Shown: positions 1-9,875, counted from the stretch's first letter. The stretch: DNA of 64,000 nucleotides from Candidatus Ozemobacteraceae bacterium (GCA_965140445.1 OZ223236.1:3296001-3360000), one strand, 5' to 3'. Notes: generated by a model not told the origin, from the sequence alone. Translations and numbers: made by a program.

Positions 1-56
1 AGACCTGAAATTATTAGGAGAATTATTCCTGATAGCATTGCTAATTTCTTTTTCAT
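1..56 (-). CDS. 5' fragment of a secreted/membrane protein (continues off the window)
   Basis: Minus-strand ATG at 56 reads MKKKLAMLSGIILLIISG..., a basic N-terminus plus hydrophobic stretch; AGG upstream; divergent from the 296 operon. Confidence 0.5.
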   Translation of the reverse strand, partial: MKKKLAMLSGIILLIISG

Positions 57-295
57 TTTTTTAACCTGCTTAGATTTTTTTATCCAGAAAAAGCCGTCGA
101 GTATTTGTTTAACTGCTTTTTGCGTAGTTTATATATTTTTTTATAAGCCCATTAAACCACATATTGATAAGAAGTTAAATTGAAGTATTTTTAATCCTTA
201 AAAATGACAAATAAAAATCATACAAAATAATTTCAGTGCTTGATTTTTACTGCTGTCCCGATTAGCTTTTATACAAGGTATAGAAGGAGGGCAAA

Positions 296-991
296 ATGCA
301 GTTTAAGCGTCTTGTTTGTTGCACCTGTTCTGACTACAATCGCATCGAGAACAATAAAATTACTGACCTCGTGCAAAGGGCCCAAAAATCTGGACTTGAA
401 GTCAAACTAATACCCGACCTTTGCCTCAAAACAATTAAGAATCCAGAAGAAATAAAAGAATACTCGGATAAAAATACTCTCGTAGCATTATGCCATTTAA
501 GGGTCGCGCAGGCTTTTTTTGCCAGAATTGGTTCAGAAGTCCCAGAAATAGTTGGATTGAACGATGAGGATTTTACGGAAAAAATTGATAATCTTTCCCC
601 GGTAGACGATGAGAAAGCTGCAATAGTAGAGCTCCCGAAGTATGAGAATGACTGGATAGCCTGGTACCCAGTTATAGATAAAAATCGCTGCAACGATTGT
701 GGAAAATGCATAGACTTTTGCCTTTTCGGTGTGTATTCCAGGGAAAATAAAAATGTAGTGGTTGCCCAGCCAGCTGAGTGCAAAACCAATTGCCCAGCCT
801 GTTCTCGAGTTTGTCCACAGCAAGCCATTATTTTTCCAAAGCATGATGAAGAGCCTTTTAACGGTGCAATCATAAAAACAGAATCGCCCGTAATCGACAC
901 ACAACCAAATTCGGATTCAGAAGAAGATCTATACGATAAACTGGCCCGCAGAAGACGAAATCGCAAATCCCCAAAGCTTTTAAAAGATTAA
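296..991 (+). CDS. 2x[4Fe-4S] ferredoxin-domain protein with HdrA-N-terminus-like Cys domain
   Basis: CNDCGKCIDFC and CKTNCPACSRVCP motifs; N-terminal CTC...DLC...ALC pattern; RBS GGAGG at 286-290. Confidence 0.85.
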   Translation: MQFKRLVCCTCSDYNRIENNKITDLVQRAQKSGLEVKLIPDLCLKTIKNPEEIKEYSDKNTLVALCHLRVAQAFFARIGSEVPEIVGLNDEDFTEKIDNLSPVDDEKAAIVELPKYENDWIAWYPVIDKNRCNDCGKCIDFCLFGVYSRENKNVVVAQPAECKTNCPACSRVCPQQAIIFPKHDEEPFNGAIIKTESPVIDTQPNSDSEEDLYDKLARRRRNRKSPKLLKD

Positions 992-994
992 GAA

Positions 995-2188
995 ATGCTT
1001 ACAAAACTTTTTACAAGAATAATTAAAGAGGTTTCGCCAAAAGTTTTAACCAGAATTCTACTTAATCTGGTTATTAAGAATGCTGTCAATCTGCGAAAAT
1101 TTCAAAATAGAATGGCCAAAGATGATGATTTTTTCCCCGGTTTTATGATCATCTCACTTACAAACAGATGCAATTTAAGCTGCAATGGCTGCTGGGTCAG
1201 CAATGAAAAGCATCATGACCTACCTTTTAATGTTTTAAAGAACGTTGTGTCTGCGAGTATTCAAAAAGGGTCATCATACTTTGGTCTTGTAGGTGGCGAA
1301 CCATTACTTTACCCACATTTATTTGAACTTTTTGAAACTTTCCCGAATGTTTATTTTCAGTTATTTACCAATGGTACCCTCTTGACAGATAAAGTGGCCA
1401 AAAAGCTTCGTAAGCTTGGCAATGTAACTCCACTCATAAGTGTGGAAGGTCTTGAAGAAGAAAGTGATCGCCGCAGAAATGGAAAAGATGTATTTGCTTC
1501 TGCTATCACTGCAATAAAAAATTGCACCAGAAACAAGCTGCTTACAGGTGTTGCTACAAGCGTCTGTAAAACAAATCAGAAAGAATTAGTAACTGATAAA
1601 TTCCTTATAAAACTGGTTGGGCTTGGGGCTCATTATATGTGGTATTATATTTACCGACCTGTTGGGCCTCGTCCTCATCCCGAAATAGCCCTTGATAAAG
1701 AAGAAATTCTTTCCCTTAGAAAATTCATGGTTGATGCACGTTTAAATCATCCAATTGCTATAATTGATGCATATTGGGATGAAAATGGAAAAGCATTGTG
1801 TCCCGGTGCTAAGGGGCTTAGCCACCATCTTAATCCTGAAGGCTATCTTGAATTCTGCCCTCCATTACAATTTGCCTTTAAAAAAGCTACCAGGGATTAT
1901 GATTTTAAAAAATTATGCAAAGATGATAACGGCATGGCAAAGTTAAGAAAGTTAATCAACGATGAGACAGACGGATGCATCATTCTAAGCAATCCAAAAC
2001 TCTTAAGCCAAAAATTAAAAGAATTAAATGCAATTGATACCAGTGGCAGGGGCACCGCTTTTGATGAATTAGATGCAATGACAATTAAGCCCTGCCATGA
2101 TCTGCCAGGTCAGGAAATACCAGAAAAGAGTTTTCTATATCGCCTGGCAAAAAAATATAGTTTCTTTGGATTTTCATCATATGGTTAA
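995..2188 (+). CDS. radical SAM protein (possible twitch/SPASM-like C-terminus)
   Basis: CNLSCNGC (CxxxCxxC), GGEP, TNG motifs; C-terminal CPG...NPEGYLEFCP. Confidence 0.9.
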   Translation: MLTKLFTRIIKEVSPKVLTRILLNLVIKNAVNLRKFQNRMAKDDDFFPGFMIISLTNRCNLSCNGCWVSNEKHHDLPFNVLKNVVSASIQKGSSYFGLVGGEPLLYPHLFELFETFPNVYFQLFTNGTLLTDKVAKKLRKLGNVTPLISVEGLEEESDRRRNGKDVFASAITAIKNCTRNKLLTGVATSVCKTNQKELVTDKFLIKLVGLGAHYMWYYIYRPVGPRPHPEIALDKEEILSLRKFMVDARLNHPIAIIDAYWDENGKALCPGAKGLSHHLNPEGYLEFCPPLQFAFKKATRDYDFKKLCKDDNGMAKLRKLINDETDGCIILSNPKLLSQKLKELNAIDTSGRGTAFDELDAMTIKPCHDLPGQEIPEKSFLYRLAKKYSFFGFSSYG

Positions 2189-3659
2189 TAAAGAAAAAAT
2201 AAGGGAAATCTCCCAAATTACTGAGGCTTACGTAAATGGCAACAGCCTGGTTCCTCCCATTCCTCTAGAGGAACTGAAATTACACACCATTGAGATTTTG
2301 AAAAACCATGGAATTTCCACTGAGCTGAAAAAATGGGTTTTATTGTTTTTGAATAACGCCCTATGGCTTGACACTTTAAAGTCAATTCCCTTTAAAAGGC
2401 GCTTGTTGTTGATTCCGCAATGTCTTAAACATCCAACAGAATGCCCTGCAGAAATTGATGAGCTGGGCCTGGTTTGTGAAGGTTGTGGCCAGTGTGTGAT
2501 TGACGGAATTCTTAACAAAGCCGAAGATCTGGATTTAATGTGCATTGTCGCTGAAGGATCAACTATGACGGCGCAGATTATTGAAAAAGGCCAGGCAGAT
2601 GCTCTGATTGGTGTTGGTTGCTTTTCAGCCCTTGAAAAAGCCTTTGATCAAATGATAAGCAATGCGGTTCCCGGATTGGCATTGCCTTTATTTAATGACG
2701 GTTGCAGCAATACGGAAACTGATGTCGATTATTTATTGCAACTGATTAGCCAAAAGAATGAAAAGGAAATAAGTGTTTTCCATCCCAAGCCTTTTTTAAC
2801 TAAAGTGAGAAATGAATTTTCCCATGAAAACCTTGAGTTAATAATGGGAAAAGCAAACCTTGAAGCTGAAAAAATCGCACGAGACTATCTGGTTCAAACC
2901 GGGAAAAGATATCGACCGTTTTTATGCGTTGCTACGGCCAAAAGCCTTGGACATCAGAACGATAATGAAATGAGTTTATCCAGATTGGCTGTTGCAGTTG
3001 AATGTTTTCATAAAGCCTCATTAATCCATGATGATATTGAAGATAACGACGAGTTCCGCAATGGTTTGCCAGCGCTGCATACAACTCACGGCGTGGGAAC
3101 TGCACTTAACACTGGCGATCTTCTTCTAGGAGAGGGATATCGAATGATATCTCAGCTTGAAGTTGAGCCAATAATGAAAGCGAAACTTTTGGATGAAGCC
3201 GTCAAAGCTCATTTAAGTCTGTGTTGTGGACAAGGTGAAGAGCTTTTAATCATTCATCAAAAGCGCAAGCTATGTGTTGATTCTCTTATAGAAATTTTTC
3301 GGAGAAAAACTGCTCCGGCTTTTAATGTTTCTTTCCAATTTGGCGCTATTTTCATGGGTGCCAGTGAAGAAATTAGAGATACGCTTGTAAGGTTTAGTGA
3401 TTTTCTTGGCATTGGCTATCAAATAAAAGATGACATTTTGGACACCAATTTACAAGATGCAAATGATGGGGAAAGAATTCCCTCCATAGTTGAACTTATG
3501 ATGCAGGAGCAAGGTCTGAAACACGAAGAAGCTCTAGCTGCTGCCAATGACTTGCTTGCAGATTACCGAAAAAAAGCTCTTTCAGAGTTGAAAACAGTTA
3601 AGTCTATTCCACTGAAGAGGTTTTTGTTCCAGATTACTCATAACCTGCTAAAGAAGTAG
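2181..3659 (+). CDS. polyprenyl diphosphate synthase with N-terminal Cys-rich DUF116-like domain
   Basis: GKRYRP, FARM HDDIED, SARM YQIKDDILD; N-terminal PQCL..C...CEGCGQC...GVGC; start moved to ATG 2181, which overlaps the radical SAM stop. Confidence 0.88.
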   Translation: MVNKEKIREISQITEAYVNGNSLVPPIPLEELKLHTIEILKNHGISTELKKWVLLFLNNALWLDTLKSIPFKRRLLLIPQCLKHPTECPAEIDELGLVCEGCGQCVIDGILNKAEDLDLMCIVAEGSTMTAQIIEKGQADALIGVGCFSALEKAFDQMISNAVPGLALPLFNDGCSNTETDVDYLLQLISQKNEKEISVFHPKPFLTKVRNEFSHENLELIMGKANLEAEKIARDYLVQTGKRYRPFLCVATAKSLGHQNDNEMSLSRLAVAVECFHKASLIHDDIEDNDEFRNGLPALHTTHGVGTALNTGDLLLGEGYRMISQLEVEPIMKAKLLDEAVKAHLSLCCGQGEELLIIHQKRKLCVDSLIEIFRRKTAPAFNVSFQFGAIFMGASEEIRDTLVRFSDFLGIGYQIKDDILDTNLQDANDGERIPSIVELMMQEQGLKHEEALAAANDLLADYRKKALSELKTVKSIPLKRFLFQITHNLLKK

Positions 3660-3662
3660 CAA

Positions 3663-4568
3663 ATGAATTTAACTCACTCACAGGAAATTTTAAAAATTGC
3701 CCTTGGCGCTAATAGCATGCTTGATGAAGCTGCTAAAAATCTTATTGGCAGCTATTTTAAGAGCAAGCTGACTCCAGAGGGTGGATTTGCAGATAAAATA
3801 GGCAATCCCGACCTTTATTACAGTCTTTTTGGATTAAGCTGCTCATATATTCTGCAATTAAATTTGCCATTTTCAAATACTAAAGAATGGCTTGATAGTT
3901 TTATTCCAGAGAATCTTGGTTTAATAGAACTTTCAAGCCTGGCGAAGTGTTATTCAATCTTATCTATTTTAAATAGCTCCAAACCAGAAATAAGTAATGA
4001 AAAAATAAAAAACATTGCAAGAGCAGCCAATCGTTTTAGAACCGAAAACAATAGTTTTTCGCTTAACGGCAAAGGACCGGGTGCCCCATATTCTGTTTTT
4101 CTCGCAATGAATCTTTTTCAGGATTTGGGGTTAGAAATTGAAAATGTTTCTTCTTTAAAGTTAGCTCTGAAAAATTATCTTCAGCCGGATGGCCGTTTTG
4201 CTGATCCAAATGGCTCAGGAGCAGGAATTCTTAATTCAACAGTGGCAGGATTATTGTGTTGGCGACAATTTACTGGCGAAATTCTCCCCCAATCAGTAGA
4301 TTGGATAAATGGGCAAAGATGCCGTTCAGGTGGTTTTAAAGCAGATCCCAAGGCTCAATTGCCAGATATGCTTTCAACTGCAGTTGCGCTTTTTGCGTTA
4401 AAAATTTGTAAAACTGATTTTTCATCTTTCTTTAAAAAATCACGCGAGTTTGTTCAGGATCATTGGACGTCAGATGGGAGTTTCTCAGCAACTTTACTTG
4501 ATGAAGAAGGGGACTGTGAATACACATACTACGGTTTACTTTCTTTAGGTGCTGTAAGCAATGTTTAA
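3663..4568 (+). CDS. prenyltransferase/squalene oxidase repeat protein (single alpha/alpha barrel)
   Basis: Repeated QW-like motifs (TPEGGF, QPDGRF, QRCRSGGF, TSDGSF); DLYYS and DCEYTYYGL motifs. Confidence 0.8.
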   Translation: MNLTHSQEILKIALGANSMLDEAAKNLIGSYFKSKLTPEGGFADKIGNPDLYYSLFGLSCSYILQLNLPFSNTKEWLDSFIPENLGLIELSSLAKCYSILSILNSSKPEISNEKIKNIARAANRFRTENNSFSLNGKGPGAPYSVFLAMNLFQDLGLEIENVSSLKLALKNYLQPDGRFADPNGSGAGILNSTVAGLLCWRQFTGEILPQSVDWINGQRCRSGGFKADPKAQLPDMLSTAVALFALKICKTDFSSFFKKSREFVQDHWTSDGSFSATLLDEEGDCEYTYYGLLSLGAVSNV

Positions 4569-6351
4569 TTCCGAAGAAAAAAAGCTACTATTAAAGGCTA
4601 AGAGTTTAGTCACAAAAAGGCTTCTAGAAAACCGGGAGCATAATGTCAGATTTACAGGAAAATTAGCCAGCAGTGCTGTTTCTACTGCGGTGGCTTCGAT
4701 GGCTCTATCACTTTTCCCAGAAGATGAAAATCGCCTTAAAACTTCAATTAACTGGTTGTTAGAAAATGTAAACTTAGATGGAGGGTGGGGGGATACCCCT
4801 GAAAGCCCATCAAACCTAAGTGCAGTTTTGCTTGCCAGAGCAGCGATTATAAACTCTGGTTTAAATTTTGAAAAGGTTAACGTTGTTTTAGAAAAATCCG
4901 AACGTTGGCTAAAAAAAGAGTTAGGTGTAAACCAGGCAATTAACCCGGTTCAAAGCGTCTTAAAATTCTATGGCAAGGATTTAACTTTTTCTGTTCCAAT
5001 TTTAACGGTCTGTATGCTTTGTAAAGCCTTTGGAAAAGACGAATCTTTATGGAGGAAAATTCCAGCACTTCCTTATGAATTTTCACTGCTGCCAGCAAAG
5101 CTTTTTAGATTCATTCGTTTGCCAGTTGTTAGTTATGCAATTCCAGCCTTAATTGCTGTAGGAATTGCGCAGGCAAATAACTGCCCGTCAATAAATCCAT
5201 TGATTAAGTGGCTAAGAGTAAAAGCAACTAAACCTGCACTTCGGAAACTTTTAACTCTTGTTCCAGAAAGTGGTGGTTTTTTGGAAGCGGCTCCTTTAAC
5301 TGGTTTTGTCGCCTTTTGCCTTGGTAAATCCGGTTTTAAAGAAAATCCAACCGTAAAAAAAGGCATTGGTTTCTTACGGAAAACAATGCGAGCGAATGGA
5401 AGCTGGCCCATAGACACTAATCTTTCCAGTTGGCTTACCAGTCTTTCTGTTAACGCTCTGGATCATGCGGATGAATTAACACCAGAGGATAAAACCAGAT
5501 ACGCAAATTACCTCAAACAAGTACAAAGCAAAGAATTTAATGTTTTTACCAATACTAATCCAGGTGGTTGGGCATGGACTGAACTTTCAGGAGGAGTTCC
5601 GGATGGCGATGACACATCTGCTGCTTTAATTTCTCTAGCCCGTCTTGAAAAGGGCTCGGCAGACGATAAGGTTATCGCCGGATTAAACTGGCTTTTGGAA
5701 TTGATGAACAAAGATGGTGGAATTCCTACTTTTTGTCGCGGATGGGGATTTCTTCCATTTGACAGAAGTTGCCCAGACATTAGCGCCCATGCCTTGATGG
5801 CATTCCAGCTATGGAAAGACAGGGTTCCTTCTGAACTAAAAGCTAAGCTGGATAAAGGTTCACAAAGACTTTTAAAATATCTGGAAACTTCAGCAGACCA
5901 TGAAAAAATGTATTCACCACTCTGGTTTGGTGACCAGGAAGCCCCTGATTTTTCAAATAGGGTTTATGGAACCTCAGTTGTTCTCGAAGCTTTAGCAATG
6001 CTTCCTGAACATCAGGTTAATCATTTAGTTGAACCGGCCCTGGAAAAGTTATATAGATGGCAAAACGAAGACGGAGGCTTTGGTGGAGAGCGCCAGACCT
6101 CTTCAAAAATAGAAACCACCGCCAAAGCAGCTCTGGCGATGATATTAAATAACGGAAAACAAAAGCCTGTTAAAAAGGCAGTAAATTTTCTTGTAGACCA
6201 ATCCATTGCTCAAAATGGCAATTTAACAGCTTGTGCTATAGGCTTATATTTTTCATCTTTGTGGTATGATGAAAAATTGTATCCAATGATATTTACCCTT
6301 CGCGCTTTATCCGCCGCTATAAAGGAACTTTACGATCAGGAGGGAGAATGA
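4561..6351 (+). CDS. squalene-hopene cyclase-like class II terpene cyclase
   Basis: Catalytic DxDD motif (PDGDDT); QW motifs NLDGGWG, ANGSWP, PGGWAW, NKDGG, QNEDGGFG. Confidence 0.88.
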   Translation: MFNSEEKKLLLKAKSLVTKRLLENREHNVRFTGKLASSAVSTAVASMALSLFPEDENRLKTSINWLLENVNLDGGWGDTPESPSNLSAVLLARAAIINSGLNFEKVNVVLEKSERWLKKELGVNQAINPVQSVLKFYGKDLTFSVPILTVCMLCKAFGKDESLWRKIPALPYEFSLLPAKLFRFIRLPVVSYAIPALIAVGIAQANNCPSINPLIKWLRVKATKPALRKLLTLVPESGGFLEAAPLTGFVAFCLGKSGFKENPTVKKGIGFLRKTMRANGSWPIDTNLSSWLTSLSVNALDHADELTPEDKTRYANYLKQVQSKEFNVFTNTNPGGWAWTELSGGVPDGDDTSAALISLARLEKGSADDKVIAGLNWLLELMNKDGGIPTFCRGWGFLPFDRSCPDISAHALMAFQLWKDRVPSELKAKLDKGSQRLLKYLETSADHEKMYSPLWFGDQEAPDFSNRVYGTSVVLEALAMLPEHQVNHLVEPALEKLYRWQNEDGGFGGERQTSSKIETTAKAALAMILNNGKQKPVKKAVNFLVDQSIAQNGNLTACAIGLYFSSLWYDEKLYPMIFTLRALSAAIKELYDQEGE

Positions 6352-7823
6352 GAAACTTTTTTTTTAAACTCCTTCCAGCACTAACTGGAATAATAACTTC
6401 ATTGATTGCATTTGTTCCCCTATACGACATTATCGTTCTGGAAAAAGACCGGGTAAAGGTTTCGGATAGAGTTCCCGGACAAGACAATTTACCTCCTGGT
6501 GGCCGACAAAATTATTCGAGTGTAAAAATCGGAGAATTTTTTGAATCCTTCATCAGTACTTTCACTACTGACCTTAAAGGAACCTGGTCATCATTTAGAG
6601 GAGAAAAAGGCGATAATATTTGTCGAGAGGGCATTGATCTGGTTGATAGTTTTGATAAAAATGGCCCACCAGAATTATGGAAAATTAAGCTAGGAGAAGG
6701 GCACGCCGCGCCCGCTATTTATTCAGGGCGAATTTACCTGTTAGACTACATTGAAGAGAAAAAATCCGATGCTTTACGCTGTTTTTCACTACTGGATGGC
6801 AAAGAAATCTGGCGAAGATTTTATCGCCTTGATATAAAGCGAAATCATGGATATTCCAGAACTATCCCGGCGGTTAACCATGAAGTTGCAGTGACAATGG
6901 GCCCCATGGGACATCTCATGTCAGTAAACTCTAAAACTGGTGAACTTCTATGGTCGTTGGACGTAATTTCCCATTTTAAAAGTACTGTTCCACAATGGTA
7001 TTCGGGGCAGTGCCCTTTATTAGATGGAAACACTCTGGTTATTGCTCCCGGCGGCGAAAAAGCTCTTTTGGTAGGAATAAACGCTAAAACAGGCGAAATC
7101 CTTTGGGAGACTCCTAATGAAATGGGCTGGAAAATGTCACATTCCTCAATAATGCCAATGACCTATAAGGGCCGCAGAATGTATGTTTATGCTGCTATCG
7201 GTGGAATGGTTGGAGTTTCAGCTGAAGGAGATAACGTGGGTCAGATACTCTGGCAAACAGGTGACTGGGGGGCAACAGTTGTGGCTCCTTCACCAGTAAT
7301 ACTTAACGATGGCTATATTTATCAATGCGCTGGTTATGGAGCTGGAAGTATTTTAGTTAAGGTCGATGGCGAAAATAAAAATTTTTCCGCCAAAATTGTT
7401 CAGAAGTCTAACCCAAAAGAGGCTCTGGCAATTGAGCAACAGAGTGCAATCTACTTTAAAAATAAACTTTTTGGCGTAATGACAAAAGACTCAGGATCAA
7501 GACGAATGAGGCTTGTGGTATGCAACCCCAAAAACCCAAGAGAATTTATAGATGAAGGTGATCCTCAACTTAGATTTGGCCTGGGGCCAACTTTAGTTGC
7601 AGATGATAAGTTGTTTGCTTTAACCGATAATGGCGAATTATCCATGTTCAGCTTTGAAAGTGATAAGTTGAAACATATTTCTAACGCAAAGGTTCTGCCC
7701 GGGGTAGACGCCTGGGGACCGATGGCCATAGCTGATGGATTACTTCTTTTAAGAGATTCGACAAGTCTGGCTTGTTTGGATATGACCCGGGATAACAGAT
7801 GGGCAAGGATAAAAAGAAAATGA
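6348..7823 (+). CDS. PQQ-like (BamB-type) beta-propeller protein with N-terminal anchor
   Basis: WSSFRG motif; repeated xGxxxW blades (DGKEIW, TGELLW, TGEILW); hydrophobic N-terminus. Confidence 0.85.
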   Translation: MRNFFFKLLPALTGIITSLIAFVPLYDIIVLEKDRVKVSDRVPGQDNLPPGGRQNYSSVKIGEFFESFISTFTTDLKGTWSSFRGEKGDNICREGIDLVDSFDKNGPPELWKIKLGEGHAAPAIYSGRIYLLDYIEEKKSDALRCFSLLDGKEIWRRFYRLDIKRNHGYSRTIPAVNHEVAVTMGPMGHLMSVNSKTGELLWSLDVISHFKSTVPQWYSGQCPLLDGNTLVIAPGGEKALLVGINAKTGEILWETPNEMGWKMSHSSIMPMTYKGRRMYVYAAIGGMVGVSAEGDNVGQILWQTGDWGATVVAPSPVILNDGYIYQCAGYGAGSILVKVDGENKNFSAKIVQKSNPKEALAIEQQSAIYFKNKLFGVMTKDSGSRRMRLVVCNPKNPREFIDEGDPQLRFGLGPTLVADDKLFALTDNGELSMFSFESDKLKHISNAKVLPGVDAWGPMAIADGLLLLRDSTSLACLDMTRDNRWARIKRK

Positions 7824-8041
7824 TAAAATTGGGTGACAATTGCAGCAGGCGAAAAGCTCTCCTTTTTCTGGGAAGGGTGTTGGCAGCTCTGGGTTTAACA
7901 AGCCTGGGAATCAAATTAGCTTCACCAGGAAAAAATAAAGTGCTTCTAAATGCAAAAAGCGATTGTAAAGGATGCCGTTTTGAGAAGGGGACTTGCATTC
8001 CCCAGACTCAAACCTGCAGAAGGAATGAAGAACAAAAATGA
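7820..8041 (+). CDS. small Cys-rich protein with twin-Arg-like signal
   Basis: ATGA overlaps at both ends; SRRKALL followed by a hydrophobic helix; C-terminal CKGC-x6-C-x6-C. Confidence 0.7.
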   Translation: MIKLGDNCSRRKALLFLGRVLAALGLTSLGIKLASPGKNKVLLNAKSDCKGCRFEKGTCIPQTQTCRRNEEQK

Positions 8042-8613
8042 GTGAAAAACAAAATGATAAAAATCTTATTTCCCGCAGAAAATTTTTTACTTCTGCAATT
8101 GCGGGGATTGGATCAATTTTTACCGCTTTTGCACTAACTCAGAATTCCGAACAAACCTCTTATTGGCAAATAGACCCTCGAAAATGTATTGAGTGCGAAA
8201 GATGCTCTGTGGAATGCGTGCTTTCCCCATCAGCAGTTAAATGCATGCATGTATATCAAAAGTGTGGTTATTGCGATTTATGTAGCGGGTATTTCAAACA
8301 AGGGGCAACGACTTTGGATACAGCAGCTGAAAATCAACTCTGTCCAACCGGCGCTCTAAAGCGAACTTTTATCGAAGAACCCTATTTTGAATATATCGTA
8401 GAAGAGGAACTTTGCATCGGTTGTGGACGTTGTGTTAAAAATTGCCGTGCATTTGGAAATGCTTCGTTGGTTCTGCAGATTCGTCACGATCTTTGTATCC
8501 AATGCAATGAATGTCGAATAGCAGCAGCCTGCCCGGCTCAGGCTATTCAAAAAATTTCAGGTAACAAAATTTATCTTCTCGATCGGAAACCACTTGAAGA
8601 GGACAAAGCTTGA
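8038..8613 (+). CDS. Tat-exported polyferredoxin
   Basis: SRRKFF Tat motif; CIECERCSVEC, CGYCDLC, CIGCGRCVKNC, CIQCNEC...CP. Confidence 0.85.
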   Translation: MSEKQNDKNLISRRKFFTSAIAGIGSIFTAFALTQNSEQTSYWQIDPRKCIECERCSVECVLSPSAVKCMHVYQKCGYCDLCSGYFKQGATTLDTAAENQLCPTGALKRTFIEEPYFEYIVEEELCIGCGRCVKNCRAFGNASLVLQIRHDLCIQCNECRIAAACPAQAIQKISGNKIYLLDRKPLEEDKA

Positions 8614-9875
8614 GAAAAATACTCCTACTATTATTGCTAATATTAAGTCTATCTTCAATTGTATTAGCTGAAGAAGAGGCAAGGTTTCCCCGTCCTGAAT
8701 TCAGCTCTGGTTATAATACGCCTGTTGAGAAAGAGCCAGCAATGCCCTGGCAAAGATCCACGGATATTGCTGCTGTTTTACTAGCCCTTTCTTTAGCATA
8801 TGCAGCCCATTCCTTACACTACAAACGTAGCCGTAAAAGATTAGTCATTGGTGGTCTTCTTTGTCTGGTCTGGTTTGGATTTATATATCAAGGATGCGTA
8901 TGTCCTGTGGGATCGATTCAAAATGTCGCTTTAAGCACATTTTCATCTAACTATTTTTTGCCGGTTTCGATCGTTTTTATTTTTCTTTTACCTTTGATTT
9001 TTGCCTTATTCTTCGGAAGGGTATTTTGCGGTTCTGTCTGCCCTTTTGGAGTTTTGCAGGATCTTTTAATTTTTAAGCCAATCAAGATTCCACCTATACT
9101 TGACCGTATTTTTAGACTAATTCCATTTGCAATTCTTGGAATCACTATCTGGTTTGCGATCAGCGGTCTTGGGTTTTTAACCTGCAAGTATGATCCTTTT
9201 GTAGCACTTTTCCGGTTTAGTGGTCCCAAAGAATTGATTTTTAAGGGGTTCGCTTTTCTTCTACTGGGTATTTTTGTGGCAAGGCCATATTGCCGTTATA
9301 TTTGTCCGTATTCTGTTCTACTTTCGATTGCAGCATTATTTAGCTGGAAAAAGGTTCAAATATACTCTGATAACTGCGTTAAATGTAACCTTTGTCTTCC
9401 CGCATGCCCTGTTGATGCCATCGACGCTGGAAAAGACCAATCTTCGCCAAACCAGTTTCAAGAAGAAAGGAAAACAGCTATAAGCAGATTAAAGTGGCTT
9501 GTCGCCCTAAGTCCCTTTATTATTTCTATGGGGATTTTTTCAGGAATTCAACTTGGTAAAAAAGTGGCCCCAACTCATGATTTGCTCAGACTTCAAGCAA
9601 ACGTTCAGAACAATAATTCCCAGGAAGATGATTATATAGCTTTTTATGTAAACGATGGAAACACTGATTCCCTTAATCAAAGAGCATCTGAAAAGGCTAA
9701 TGCCATAGTAAAATATGGTGGCGTTTTCGGAGGTTATATGAGCATAGTTTTTATCGGAGCCATTTTTATGGCAACCCGACGAAGAACCAATACTTATCAC
9801 GAGGTGCAAACATGGAATTGCGTCAGCTGTGGCCGCTGTTACTCATGGTGCCCAAGAAACAGGAATAAGAAATAA
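8610..9875 (+). CDS. NapH/MauN/NosR-like membrane 4Fe-4S binding protein
   Basis: Multiple TM helices; GRVFCGSVCPFG and RPYCRYICPY motifs; CVKCNLCLPACP; CVSCGRCYSWCP. Confidence 0.85.
   Translation: MRKILLLLLLILSLSSIVLAEEEARFPRPEFSSGYNTPVEKEPAMPWQRSTDIAAVLLALSLAYAAHSLHYKRSRKRLVIGGLLCLVWFGFIYQGCVCPVGSIQNVALSTFSSNYFLPVSIVFIFLLPLIFALFFGRVFCGSVCPFGVLQDLLIFKPIKIPPILDRIFRLIPFAILGITIWFAISGLGFLTCKYDPFVALFRFSGPKELIFKGFAFLLLGIFVARPYCRYICPYSVLLSIAALFSWKKVQIYSDNCVKCNLCLPACPVDAIDAGKDQSSPNQFQEERKTAISRLKWLVALSPFIISMGIFSGIQLGKKVAPTHDLLRLQANVQNNNSQEDDYIAFYVNDGNTDSLNQRASEKANAIVKYGGVFGGYMSIVFIGAIFMATRRRTNTYHEVQTWNCVSCGRCYSWCPRNRNKK

Noticed and set aside
334..966. 210-aa antisense ORF over the ferredoxin gene
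   Set aside because: Fully overlaps a well-supported gene on the opposite strand; no recognisable motifs
4561..6351. Calling the cyclase shc/hpnF (hopanoid pathway)
   Set aside because: No hpn genes or squalene synthase nearby; substrate unknown, so no symbol was given
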